Shown piece after piece: positions 25,383 to 39,272 of a DNA stretch of 64,000 bases. Numbering within the stretch: position 1 is the first letter of the stretch; each line of letters begins with the position of its first letter. The notes under the pieces are model-generated. The model was not told the origin of the DNA. It saw nothing but the letters and a program-made list of their open reading frames with translations, and made no database searches. Source of the DNA: Carcharhinus amblyrhynchos (Eukaryota); contig OZ336902.1 in NCBI GenBank assembly GCA_965287045.1, positions 12,896,001-12,960,000 of the forward strand. Direction: 5' to 3'. The translations under genes were made by a program, and so were the position numbers.

Positions 25383-27718
25383 TGCAATTTGGGTTGTGTA
25401 CACGTACAGGGGCATTCCAGACAACTAAGAAGAATCCAGTTGTGGATTTCTCTGTGGCTTATTTTGGAGGTCATTAAACCTGATGAGTTCTTGAGCAAGT
25501 CAGAGACCTGGCTGAGAAATCTCACTGCATGTAGGTTTGTAATTTGGTAAGCAGCATGGCTGATCACAAGTAGTAAAATCTCTGCCATTCTTTTAAATCC
25601 CAACAATGCAATTTATAAATCATGAAAGTAATCTAATGCTGGAATACTATTATTCAGTTGATTTTTTTTCCAGTATGAATTGATCAGAAATTCAATATTT
25701 CAAACCAAAAATCTCTTGGCCTTTTGCTGCTAAGACCATCCATTCATTCTCACTTTTAAGATTAAACAGACAATTGTAAATTCAGCATCCTACTAATGAG
25801 CATACCATTTATTTGATACAAAATTGGCAGGCAACTCCATTTATGAATGGCATGTCCATAAATAGCTTTCTCTAACTTGTGCAGTTTTGCAGTGTATGGA
25901 AACCTGAGACTTTTTTTTAAAAACCTGTGCTTTAGTTTTCTGCACGTCAGAAACTGTGGATGAAGGTCTTGAAATAATTTGTTGGTTAGATCATGGAGAA
26001 TTTGAAAACCTACTCCCTTAAGTAGGCCCCATCAGAGGACTAGACTGAATCACACTCATGCAAGACCCTAATAACAGTACTGTGGGATCAGATTACTGCC
26101 ATATCCGATCTGCCAGTGCTGATCTATCAGCAGACAGGATTGCTGCACATGGTACAGAGCTGTAATATCTCCAAGCATCATTTAGTATTGTGGTCATGTT
26201 TATATTGACAGTGATTGTTAAGAGGATTTACTGCTTTCCTCAGACATTACGGAACAATCTTCACATGACCAATGCTTTGGTACTTTAACTTCAACTTGAA
26301 AGTACCAAAGCATTGGTTGTATGTCAGTGGCTTTAATTTATATATTTTAAAAGTTGGCATTCACGTAAGAAAACTCCTAGAGTGGAACAGGACCATATCC
26401 GTGCGTTTTCCCACATGCCCTTTTGTTCTGGAAGCTTCCATATGCTTTCTTTTAGCAGAATTTGGCACAATGCCAAAAGCATATTTGCATAATGTTAGTC
26501 ATGCCAATGTTCTCCCAAGAAGTCAGAAGGAATCAAGAGTACTGTGGTACATAATATTTAAAGACAATACGTTACATGTGTATTGCACTTTCACATCTTA
26601 AGACCATTACAAAGCATTGTTGCCAGTTAATTATTTCAAGTGCTGTCATTTTTTTCTAGTGAAGCAACAGTTGAGTTTTGCACAGAAAAGTATCACAAAT
26701 GGCACAAGGTAAATTCCTAGTTAATGTACATGGAGGCTCAATGAGGGTTAAATGTTGTTTATGGTGCCATGGCAGTGCTATGTCATTTTTAAATGCTGCC
26801 ACTAAGTTTTATATTCCCCTGAACAGGCAAACTCAGTCGCTTGCATGTGGAAGAGACATGCTGATGTTATGAATTTCAATCTGCTTGCAATATTTTGAGT
26901 CTGGGTATTAGTTGAATGTTACTTGACAATCAATGTTCGTCACTGGCACGAGATTTAATTAAATGCTCATAGTAGAATCCTTGACCAAAAAAAACACACC
27001 TGGCAAAACTATCAGCTGCACATCATACTTTGACTTTGAAACCCACTGGTAACATTTTTATACTCCCTTTTGACTTGTGATCCACTGGTAGACTGCTGTA
27101 CTTCACACATGAGTTTTGTACTAAATATGGCCGTCTTAATTTGAATTAATGGATTTAAAAGTTGCAAGATCTTGTACTAAAATCAGAAAAATTGTTCAGC
27201 TATGTTCTGTTTTAAGCTTCTGAAATGTTGCTCGCTCGCTTCCTTGCGTTCTCCTCTTCTACCGCTTCAGAGGAGGAGGTCCATCAAACTAGACCTGGCA
27301 ATAAGGTGTTAAGAAATATGTTCAAAGGAGCATTGATTTGAGTGGATTATAGACTGCATTTCTTTCACTAATTCAAAAATGCCAGGAGGTTTAAAACTTG
27401 CAACCCGTATGTTGGCTGCTTATGTCATTTAAACGTGCACAGTGTAGTCATGAGTGATTTTAAGCCTTTGCATATCAGCAATTCTCTCTTTACTGCTACA
27501 CTTCTCATAATTTGAGACTTAAATGTATGTTGAAGTGTCGTAATGACTAATTAAAAGGATGGCATCGGTGATTTTCTTCCTAAATATTGACATGTTTTGT
27601 ACAAATAAGTTGTATATTCTGGATGTTAATAGTTAGCCTGTGGTTGTGTACTTCTCTTGTTGGAGTTGGACATCCATCAGTTATATTTAATACACATTGT
27701 CATTTTGTTTTCATTTAG

Positions 27719-28026
27719 TTCAGTCTAAACCCAACATGTCAACTGTACAGACTGTCACACAGACAACCGTGCCACCCTTGGCACCAGCACAGACGCAGCA
27801 GCCACCGCCATCCCAGCGGACACCCCAGGCCTCTCAGCCGCCACCACCACAGCCGCAGCTTCCTTCTGTATCGGTGCCAGCGCCCACACCCCAGTCATTT
27901 CCTCCTGCAACGCCTGACCTGATTGTCCAGCCACCCACAACGACCGTGTCGCCACATACATCGGCCCCCCCAATGCCGACCCTCACGCCAACGACAGTAA
28001 TGACGACAGCATCACAGCCTTCAAAG
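27719..28026 (+). CDS. BRD4: BRD4 coding exon 4 (Pro/Gln/Thr-rich linker)
   Basis: tcatttag|TT CAG TCT (phase 1) ... TCA AAG|gtagat; VQSKPNMSTVQTVTQTTVPP...ATPDLIVQPP...SQPSK resembles the BRD4 linker ('TPDLIVQ'); 308 nt. Confidence 0.9.
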
Positions 28027-28839
28027 GTAGATAACCTTTCAGTAGCTTCTCCCCTAGTTTTTGTTCCCTGTGTTGTTCTTTCTTTCAGGCTGTAATCTTT
28101 TGGGTCCAAATCTATATAGAGAAATCAGTACAATCTTTGATAAATATACACAGCCCCAACGTTTTTTAAAGTGTACTTGAGTATTTCTCGAATAGTGGAC
28201 CAGCTGCTGGTTAAAAATAGGTTTTAACCAAGAACTTTGCCAAGTTTTTTTTGTAGTATTCCTGATTACCCACAATGGAAGACTAATCATTAGTGCTTCT
28301 GATCAGACATTGGGTTGAGTGAGAGGTCTAATGAAAATGGGAACATCAAAAAAAAATCAAGGCCAAAGTACTTCGCTAAGCTAAGAGTGTACTGTGAATT
28401 ACTTCTGAGCAATTTCCCCATGGAATTCTCGGGAACCATGTCATTGTATTTTAAATTCCTTTTGCTGTATCTGACTTAGCATTGTTTGCATTTGAAACAA
28501 TTTGTGAAAATTGTGAGCTTTTAAGACAATGTCTGTCCGCCAGGTGTGGTTATGGTTGACATCTGCTTTTGTCTTGGGTTGTGCTTCTAACTCATCAAAA
28601 GTTGACTTGTGATATCCTTCCTCTCCATGAAGCAGTCAGAATTTAGAAGCTTTCAGTTTTGTCACGAAAGAGGAATATTTTAAAGTAGAATGTTTGCTTC
28701 ACCAGTCACAAGGATAAACTATATTAATATCTCCCCCCTTCAGGCTATTTCACATTATGCATTGTTTGGCTAATAATGTCTAGTAGGATGGCATGTTCAG
28801 GACTTAATATGCATTTTTTTCTCTCTCTCTCTCTCCAAG

Positions 28840-29262
28840 CATAAAAAGGGTGTGAAAAGGAAAGCTGACACAACAACTCCAACAACCAATGTTGCCGTGA
28901 AGAGTCGAGAGTCTTCTCCATTAATGACTGAACCCAAACCTGCAAAGATTCCATCTCGAAGTGGCAGACCTCCAAAACCGGCTAAGAAAGAAATGCCAGA
29001 CTCCCAGCAGCAACATCTGGAGAAGGGTGGGGGTGGAGGTGGTGGGGTTGTAGGTAGTGGCGGTGGAAGTGTTGGGGTTGTGGTTGGCAGTGGAAAGGTT
29101 TCGGAACAGTTGAAGTACTGCACTGGCATTCTCAAGGAAATGTTCGCCAAGAAGCATGCAGCCTATGCCTGGCCCTTCTACAAACCTGTGGACGTAGAAG
29201 CCTTGGGACTCCACGATTATCACGACATTATTAAACATCCCATGGATCTCAGTACTATTAAA
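28840..29262 (+). CDS. BRD4: BRD4 coding exon 5 (motif A, Gly-rich insert, first half of BD2)
   Basis: (ct)n ccaag|CAT AAA AAG GGT GTG ... ATT AAA|gtaagc; [15 protein letters not shown]...[56 protein letters not shown]; 423 nt. Confidence 0.96.
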
Positions 29263-31459
29263 GTAAGCCAATACCTTACAGTCTCTTGTAGCTGTAACTT
29301 TAGGGCTTGGATTGTACAGCACCATTGAATCTGTCCTCTATTGATCCTTTTGAGGTCTGTTATATCTCATTGGTTCTTTAATGAAATACTAAGTGACACT
29401 TTACATTGTACGCCTTGAGACGTTATGCAGGCGTAGTCCCAAGCAAAGCCATCTTAAATTGCACCGGATGATGCCTTGATGTATCTTACAATACAGTGGT
29501 TTCTAAAGCGCATGTATGTAGTCTGTACAAAGACTAGATTGCACCCAGAAGGGTTTTGAATTCCTGTTACCTTTTGGCGTTGACCTCCACTGGTCTGAGG
29601 TCCTGTTCAGATTATTAAACTAATACTTAAAATTACTTAATGTTTATATTCGTCAGCAGAGGTTTATAAACGCATGATCTGAAATTGATAAAATTGAAGA
29701 GAGTAAGAATTTAAAATGAAAAGAACTACAAACTATCAGGTAATCACAGAGGCCAAGAGTTCCATTGTTTAACAACCAAGACAACCTTATTCACTCATGC
29801 AAAGTAATTGGATTAAGTGCAATTTTCAGTAAACTTTATGCATTGCATCAAGTGCCTTAGCAAGCGCTCCTAACCCCTGTTGACCCTAAATCTTAACTGA
29901 AAGTTGAACTGTTCGTGAATATTAAATTTGTATTTCAAGTTTGCCCACAAAAGAAATTGGTAAGTCACAAGTATGGTTTACTTTTGGTTCCCCATCCTAA
30001 TTTTCTTTACCAAAGTAGGAATTTCCTCCCATTTTTTAATAAGTGCTTATAAAGAGAATATTGAACGGATGACTGCTGTGTGGGTTTTATTTCGACTTGA
30101 GAAGTTAAGCGCGACTGGCCACTTTGTAGTCAGTCTGGTTTGTGAAGCAGAAAAACTATCGTGTGATATCGTCTTACTGAGGGTTAATGATGAGCTACAT
30201 CTAACATTGTCTTCATGTGTGTTTGTAAATGACAATCCGAGAATGATGCCCACAGTCTAGCCTTAGCCCTGATTCCAAATAAAAGCTGATTATTATCTGA
30301 TTTCTCTCGGCACATGCCCTCCCTTTAGAAATGACAGGATGAGAAATGCATGAATTTGGAGTTCTGAATGTTATATATCAGCTGTAGTAAGTGAATCCTT
30401 TAGTGTTCAAAACCAAATAATACAATAGGTTAATCCCACTACTACTCACTAGGTTCACTTTGCGCACATCTGTAGCAAGATTGCAGTAGTTAAGTCATTA
30501 CAGTATTTATTTACAATTTGATAAATGTAATATGCTTTCTCCATCTGCCTTATTAATGAGCTTGGTCATTTTTTTGCGTAGGTTGTTTGAGGCAATGAAG
30601 CATTAAATTGCTAACGGATTAGTATCTGAATCTAATGCAAATTTCATTTTGATGTCGACTCAAATCAACGTGTGTATTTGGAACAGTGCACTTGTGTGGC
30701 AGTGCAAAAGCTTTATTGAGCGGACGGTATTGGTTTGATTTATTCACTGCTCTTTGAATTTATTTTTAACCTTGCCCTTGATTCTATAACATTCCAAATC
30801 TTGGGAGGTGATGCTGAGTTCGAGTATGAGATTGAATCCAGGCATCTTTGCTAGTGTTCGGGTGAGATAACTGGTCTGTGTGACTAGCTAGGAAGTGCTT
30901 GGACTGGTGAGTCAAAAAACTGGGAGTCAATTGAAATAGGAGAAAGTCAGCAAAATTTAAAAAGTTTGAAGATTGCACTTGATTTCAGCAGCATCAAATT
31001 TATCAGCACAATCATGAAATTCCTTTGCACTAACAGTTTATTTAAGTAGTTCTGGTTTTACATTAAAGCATCAGCACTAAGCAGGTACGCATATATTTCC
31101 TTTACAAAAAAGGAGGATGCTACAAATGTCACAGGAAAGACAAAGGTAATGGGCAAATTGGATAAGGTGAAAAATAGATAACTAGGATGTGCTTAAGGTG
31201 GGTAGTTTTTAAAGTCAGCCAGTCTACTTACTTTGCCTTCAAAATTAATAGACAGTAGAATCAAATCAGTAAGGCATGGGAGTAACCATTTCAGCCTACT
31301 GCCACAATGCCAGAATAGGAAAACCATCTTAACACATTTGTGTTTGTGCATTTTAATATTTATGAAGCACTGGACATGATGTCATGAGGCCTAAATTCAT
31401 GGGGGAAAATATCCACTTTATTTCCCCAGCCAACATCGCAGCCTTTAAATAATAGGTTT

Positions 31460-31733
31460 CACAGTGGTTAGCACTGCTGCCTCATGGTGCCAGGGATGCA
31501 GGTTCAATTCCAATCTTGGGCCATTGTCTGTGTGGGTTTCCTCAGAGTTCTCCAGGTTCCTTCCAAGATATGCGGGTTAGGTAGATTGGCCATGCTAAAT
31601 TGACCCTAGTGTCAGGGGATTAGCAGGGTAAATATGTGGAGTTGCGGGAATAGGGCCTGGGTGGGATTGTGGTTGGTGCAGACTCGATGAGCCGAATGGC
31701 TGCCTCCTGTACTATAGGGATTCTACGATTCTA
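31460..31733 (+). mobile_element. Shark V-SINE
   Basis: cacagtggttagcactgctgcctca head; gtgcagactcgatgagccgaatggc...gggattcta tail. Confidence 0.85.
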
Positions 31734-32909
31734 GTGAGCTTGTGGACAAAATTTTGCCACTGATTTATTACTGAAAATAAAAGATTTTTTGTTGAAGCTG
31801 TTTATCTTGCACTCATCAGAACATTCACAAAAATACAATCCAAGAGAAATCAACAAATTAGGCTGCATGACAAGAGTGTGCTGATTGATTGGCAAGTGGA
31901 CTTTAATTGTCAGCGGTGTAGCCATGGAGAATGCACCAGTTGGTGGTGACTGACCGCTAATTGCTAAGCATTGTTTAAGTTAACTGTCAGCTGCCATCAA
32001 CTGGTGTATTCTCCATGGCAACACATTTAACAATGTAAGACCACTTGCCAATCCGTGCATTCTTCTTGAACAGTACAAATTTGTATCTTTGCGGATGTCC
32101 TCAGGAGTGAAAGATAAATTGCTTCAACAAAAAATGTATTGTTTTCCTCAAGTTGTGTACTACCAAACAACTACTGATTTATGTCAACTGGAAAAGGCGA
32201 GATAGATTTTATTGGTTTTGAGGGCTGTATTACCTCCTGGAATTCCATCTGCCTTTAATTGAAGACACCTATTTGGGTTGACTGACCACATCCAATTCTA
32301 TTTCTAATGTGTCGAAGTTTTACCAAGGTTCCAGGGAGCAATTTCTTCATATTTTTCCTCTACAAGAATGACAAACCTGGCAATGAGAGTATTACATTGG
32401 AATGTAATTGGATACTTGGAACAAATATCGTTTGAACCACTTGTGAAATTAAATAAATTAGTTTTTAGGCTGTTCTATTTCTGTTACGCAGCTTTTGAAA
32501 TTGTAAATTTTCAACAGTTCAACAGGGGTTGAGAATAGATTTGAAGGTAAGTGTTACTAGGTCTCCGTTCTCCTTTCAGAAACTCATGTTGCATATTGCT
32601 GTCACAGCTTGAGCAACTTTCCCTAGATTTCCTAGTTACTTACGGATGTGAGTTTTGAGATGAATTTTTATGTTCGGTAGTTGTGTTTTTGTTAACCCAC
32701 TAGCCATCCGTGTGCTACATAGTTAAACCCTTGGGGAAATTCTGAAAACATTATCAAGTGTTCTGACCACCAAACATGGCTGCAAGGGGTATGTTGACTA
32801 TGGATCAGTTATGTGATTTATTCCCATGGCATTATTCATTTGGATTAATTGTGATTAAAAACCAAAAGGCTGCATTTTCACAAATTGAGAAAAATGAGCC
32901 ATTTATTCA

Positions 32910-33185
32910 TTGGAATCCCTCCAACGCAGAAGGAGACCATCCATCCCATTGACACTGACAGAGCATCACACCCAGTCCCCTCCAGTCACCATAACCCTGC
33001 ACATTTACCAAGGCTAATCAATGGACAATTTAGCATGGCAAATCCACCTAACCTGCACATCTTGGGAGGAAATTGGAGCACCCAGAGAAATCCCACGCAG
33101 ATACAGGGTGAACATGCAAACTCAACACAAATTGAATTGAACTCGGGTCCCTGGTGCTGTGAGGCAGCAGTGCTAACCACTGTGG
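32910..33185 (-). mobile_element. Shark V-SINE
   Basis: caatttagcatggcaaatccacctaacctgcacatc...tgtgaggcagcagtgctaaccactgtg. Confidence 0.85.
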
Positions 33186-36100
33186 GTGCTCGCTGATGCT
33201 TATTGTCTGCCTTTACTGGCATTGGTCTGAGATGACCTCAAATGCAGGACAATCAGATGGGTGAAGTGATTGCTGGTAGTCAGTGATTGTAACAAAGCTA
33301 CTGGAACAGAACGTGAATAATATTTGATTGTTTGGGAACATCACTAAGATATTTAAAGGTCTTAAAATTGCAAGATTGCTGGAGAAGGTAGCTATCACTT
33401 TCATCGATTTAAAATGCACGTGTTTGTTAGTCAATGAATCTGCCAAAAAGAGCTACTGATCCTGTAATCATAAAACTCAAATCTATGAATAATTTAATTG
33501 TGGCATGGTAACATTATCTGTGCCATTACTGTTCTGTAGCAGACTGTAAATTCTGCGATAGCGACAATGCCAAACATAGCAAAAAAACTTCCATAGTTAT
33601 CTCTCTGTTTCTGTTTCCATTCTTTCTTTTCTACTTTCCCTGAATACATACCCTTTTGATGCTTCTCGTTCTATCAAATGATTTGAGCCATATCTCCTGT
33701 GTTGCAGAGAATCCCAGTATAACCTTAAATGCATTAAGTACAGTAGATTTTTTTCTCTAATGAATTCTGGGTGAGAATTAGTGATAATATGGTTTTTTTA
33801 CAGTTTGCTTTCATTAGATAATGCCACAATTAAGAAAATGGCATGAATACTTGAAACAGTTCACAGTGCAAGTATGTTATTTGTGAGCATCAAAATGTGT
33901 ATTTGCAATAATCAAGTGCATGTAATTGAAAATTTAACTGATCTTACTCTACAATTAAAATTGTTTGCTTCCATTTATTTTTAAACTTGAACACCACAGA
34001 TCTGCCATTTCACTTCAGTGTTGCAAGTCTTAATACCATACTGCAAGATATGAGCATTGCAGACTTATCACTGAGTGTAGCTTGTAGCTCTGTAGTTTGA
34101 TTACATGGAATGATTTTCTTACTGGGCTTGTGTGAGAATGGTTTAACCAGCTGGATTGTGGTGTTGTTGAAGAGTGCTTTTATTGTGAGCCAGTCTCCTT
34201 TACAGCCTAGAAGTTTCAAATTTAAAACAAATGCAAATGCTTGCAACTTGCAGCTGTTTTACAAAGACAGCACAGACTTTGGGATACTACTTGGAGATGC
34301 TTTGATTTCATATCTTTGATCTCACTCAGTTCAGTGCTTTTTAGCTCTTCGTCTCTTGACTGCCTCTACACTATTTTGATCCTATTCTTGATGCCTCTGC
34401 TTTCAATGCTCCTCCCTCGAGGTGCTTTTGGCTTGCTTTTGTGGTGAACAAAATGGCAAGGCTGTTGTGCCATTTAAATCTTGTGTGAGATGAGAAGACT
34501 AGAGAATTAACTGCTAAGGTCCTCAAAATCATTAATGAATTAATATCATGCCTTGCATTTTTTAAAATCTTTTTTCATTTATATAATCACAACCCATTGC
34601 AGAGAGTTGAGGGTTAAATTTGAAATTTGGTTATTTCAGGAGCAATTACTTGGACTTTGGTGAAGTCTGAAAAAGGATGTTCTTGTACAACACAGAGGCC
34701 ATTTGATCCATTGTTCTTGTGTTGGCTTTTTATAAAACATTGATTTGCTGCATGTGGAAGGTGATGTTAATAGCCTCACCTGTGATGGAGAATGTTGAAA
34801 TGACTGAAGTGTAATAGAGTACAATTCAGACCAGATATGAGTCTAGGTGGAGGAATAGTACAGAAGTGAAGTGAAACTTGGGAGAGTGGGAGTGTGTTTT
34901 AAGCTGTACGATAAACTGAATCTTCACGTGATTCAGGAATCAAAAAATGAGAAAGGAGAGGGGTTAGAGTAAACGTACACACCATCAACCCAGCAGATGC
35001 TGGAATAAAAGACTGGAGTGTTTTGCTAACTTGGACTTTGTCATTTACGCATATTCATTCTGGGAGATGAAGCACTCTGAAGCTTTTTTGGATTTCATTT
35101 AGGCTTTACATTGGAAGTTGTATCGTATTTTGAAGGTTCACATGGTTGTCTGTTGATTCTGAAATATAGTCTTTCAGATGTTTGAAGTTGTGAGCTGGAT
35201 TGATAGTTTACTTACGAAATCAAGTGGCGTTTACTTGGTAATTTTCTATAATGCCCCAATGTTGCCGACTTGTGCGTCTCAGCTTAATTTGGAACAAATG
35301 ATCCATCACTAAATTATTTCATAATTGTATATTTGTTTGAGATCTACTTATAAGTAAAATGTTGCTTTGAGCAATTTTGCCAGCCAGTAATGACATGACT
35401 GTGCCAAGTATAACTATCAACCGTGCTGGCCAATGAATAACATAACCCAAACTTTAAAAAAATCTTAATTCACTTTTTAAAATCTATTACTTTCTAGTAG
35501 TCCTATTGGCTAACCACAACCATTTCACAGGCCCTTTGTGCCTCCATGGAATTAATCATTCCACATTTTATATCAATAACAATGTGCTCAGTTGTTCAGA
35601 AATACAGACAGGATATTTAAATGTGGGTATTTAATGGAGTCCATGTCTCTGTACTGGGAATTTCTACTTTCTGAAGATAAACTGCTATTGCATCACTCTA
35701 ATTTGCTATGTGCAAATTGGCTGAATCGTTTACGACATTACTACAATTACTACGCTTCAAGAGACCTTAATTGGTTGTAAAGTGATTTGGGATATCCTGA
35801 AGTCTGGAACAATGCACTAAAAATACAAGGCTTTCTTCAGAGCCTTGTTTTCAATTTTTGATGAAGCAGGGCAGCATGTGCTGCCTTTTATGAAGGGAAA
35901 GGTGGTAAACCAACATCGGGACTTGAGAGGCAAGAAAGGGATATCGAAAAGAGGGGAAGGCATAGAATAGGTAATTGTTCATAACTTTTGTCAGCTGGGG
36001 ACCTGCAAGTAGCACTGGGAGATGCATAAATATCACTTCTGTTCTCGGACAGGTCTTTGTTATGTAGCTTGAAAATTAATGTTCCATGCAGCATTGAATT

Positions 36101-36644
36101 ATCAGATTATACCTGCAAGGGAAGGCTGTAAAGACCTTGTATTAACATTTTAGGAACATGTGGGTGTCATTAGCAAACATTGTGCTTCATTTGGGAGAAG
36201 GAAGAGGTAGTTAGTTGTAGTTCATGAAGCTAAGTAGAATTTCTTTGGGTGTGGGAGGAGGGGAAGGGACCATTGTTCTAGAGCCTTTCGTTCTGTGTTT
36301 CAAAACATTGAGACTATGAAGAGCACTGAAGCAGTAAAATGGGTTAATTGAAGTGAGACTTTTGCATAATGCACTTTGTATGAACTTTAGGGAAAGACAC
36401 CGTTGGATATTTCTAGATATGCGAGGAGAGGAATACTGGGGTAGTATTGAGAGAATCTTGTTTTGTGCATTTCTGTCTGCTGTTTGTGGAGCTAATTTGT
36501 ATAAAGAGATACAGTTTTTACATTTCAAATTAGAACCATATTCTCTACTGAAGAATGCAGTGCTTAAAAAGCCTTAAAAATATTGAGTCAGCAGCATGCT
36601 GTTTTGTGCTATATTGTCACTATCTGAAAGGATTCAGTCAGATC

Positions 36645-36790
36645 ATGCGATTAGAATCAGATGTACAGCTCAGAAGCAGACCCTTTGGCCCAATTCGTCC
36701 ATGCCAACCAGATTTCCTTAACTGAACTAGTCCCCTTTGCCTGCGTTTGGTCCATATCCCACTTAAACCTTTCCCATCCATGTATTTGAC
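36645..36790 (-). mobile_element. CR1 3' end fragment
   Basis: gatgtacagctcagaagcagaccctttggccca...gcgtttggtccatatccc; same family as 62935-63360. Confidence 0.7.
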
Positions 36791-37073
36791 CTATGCTGTT
36801 GCTCTGGAATTGTAGATCCTTGTTGGGTACACTGATTCTAATAGTTTTGATATAGTTAAATTCCAGCCTACAGTTGAGGACCCGTTGCCTAGATCTTAAC
36901 TCTAAGTTCCCCCTCCAGAATTTTTTGTGACTGTCTTTTTGATTGGAAATCATTCCCTTGTCCCAACAGTATTGATAAAAGGCACTTTAAAATATTTAAT
37001 AGTTTTTAAATGATTTGCTTACAATTCACAAAACATCTTATGAGTATTGACATTCCTCCTGTCTTGCTTCTAG

Positions 37074-37217
<144 letters not shown>

Positions 37218-39065
37218 TGAAAGAGATGAATTGCAATGAATTTGTCCATTGGTCTGTAAAGCCTGCTAGTTAATCCGTCTTCAAGATGCTCTATAAATGT
37301 AAATTGTTTAAAGATAACTGGTTTGATAGAATGAAGGTAACTCTGCTAATTCTTTGTTGTGAATTCACATTCTTGAGTTGAAAAAAAAATTAATGATTTT
37401 GGAAGTTGAAGTATCGATATAGACTCAGTGATCACACTCATGCTGCTGTGATGGAAGGTTCATGATACCATCCGGAGACTCAAGTTGACAACCCAAAGAC
37501 TTTAGATTGATAGTTCGTACTGACACCCACCTCCATTGTAAGAGATGCCATCTTTCAGATCATAGATTGGTGACTTCAACAATCCACTTAGTTGGACTTA
37601 AAATCTCACGTTTCTATTCAAAGAGAAACAAGAATACCTAGCCAACAATTTTTCCTCCATTAATACCATTCAAAGTCTATCTTATTGTTGTAGGTAGAAT
37701 GTTACTTTGTGCAAATTGCTCTTTTTACCTGTATTCTCTGTTTGCTCTTTTAAAAAAACAAATGGCTTGGTTGCAAAGCACTTTGGGAGATCCTGAGGAT
37801 GTGAACGATGACAAATAAATGTATCTTCACACATTGAATCATTGTAAATGAAAGTGTAAGTTAATTATGATGAATTACTACCTGCTATTTTTCTGGAGAC
37901 AGTGGAAGATGGTGTTTGTTTCTGCTTATGCTACAGTAAGAGCTGTGAAAAGGGGACACTAGTAAAACACTATTAAGGAACTGGGAATCAAAAGTCGTAA
38001 AGAATGATTGAAAATTGTGTTAACTGAAAAAGAAATGGTTGAGGATCATTCTAATAGGATATTAAAAGTATGAAAGATAAATAGTGACAGATTATTTCCA
38101 CTGGCCAATTGGTAACAAATGAGCAAGAGGGATCGTTGAGATTATTGTGATGTGGAATGTAAGAACTATAAAGTGAAGCGTATTTGAAAAGGAAGAATTT
38201 AAAATTATATGGGAAAGCAATAGGGAACTTGGGTTAGAACACAAGCCCAGTTGATGATCACCCACTAAAATAAGCACAATGCAGTGAATAGTTTCCTTTT
38301 AGTATAACTGTTATGATTACTTCTTGTGCAAGCAATCATTAAGGAAGACATAAAACTGAATGAGAGACAGTACTTAAGGCAACATCACCCTACATTAAAT
38401 TCACATGTTTTAGAGCTTCAACAGTCTTCCATATATTCAGGCTAGGAAAACCTGGATAGCAATTAGCTTTCCAAACTGCTTTTCTAAACTAACTGGTACT
38501 AAGTCTCCAATTAAGAGATAATTTGCACCAGTGTGCTCACTGCAACCTTTGTTTCACCAACTTACAGCTCCACAACCTTCTGTTTGAAGTGGGGTGCGAA
38601 GAGAGGGGCAATTACTTGATCCCTGCAGTTGTGGAGGTTGCATGTTGGCTCACGTTAGTAAAACACTAAAAAGGATTTTGTTTTAACTTGGCACAGGACG
38701 TGCTCCCAACCACAGGAAGCAGAGGGTACCTCTACTGACAAGCGAACCTCTCAAGGAAGTGATATTGGCAGGCTCAACTTGCTGTCTAGTTTCTTTTTGC
38801 TTGTGTGAGAAAATGCTTCACCTTGACATCTTAAGTTGAGGATTTGTTGGGTGGTAAATGATGAATTTGAAGAGCAGTTTACTTGCTATGTGGTGATAAT
38901 GTGGTCAAGGCTTAATACCAATGTGTTGAATTGTGAATCACTTTGTCACCCTTTTATATATGGTGTATAAAAAAGCTGCATTCCCGAATGCAACCTTGTA
39001 GACCAAAACACATCGAGGAGACAGAAGTATGCTTTCATATTTTTGGAATTTTTGTTTCTTTCCAG

Positions 39066-39272
39066 GATGTGTTTGAGATGCGTTTTGCAAAAATGCCAGA
39101 TGAGCCTGTTGAACCAGTTGTTCCATCTCCTCCTCCCGTGCCGCCTCCGACCAACCAGGTGTCGTCCTCGTCCTCGAGTGACAGCAGCAGTGACAGTTCT
39201 TCTGATAGTGACAGTAGCACAGATGATTCTGAGGAGGAGCGGGCGCAGAGGCTAGCTGAGCTTCAAGAACAG
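39066..39272 (+). CDS. BRD4: BRD4 coding exon 7 (BD2 end, Ser-rich NPS CK2-site cluster, start of motif B)
   Basis: ttttccag|GAT...GAA CAG|gtacta; [14 protein letters not shown]...[37 protein letters not shown]; 207 nt. Confidence 0.96.

Noticed and set aside
27755-29325. Several minus-strand ORFs over the BRD4 exons
   Set aside because: Antisense shadows of GC-rich, low-complexity coding exons.
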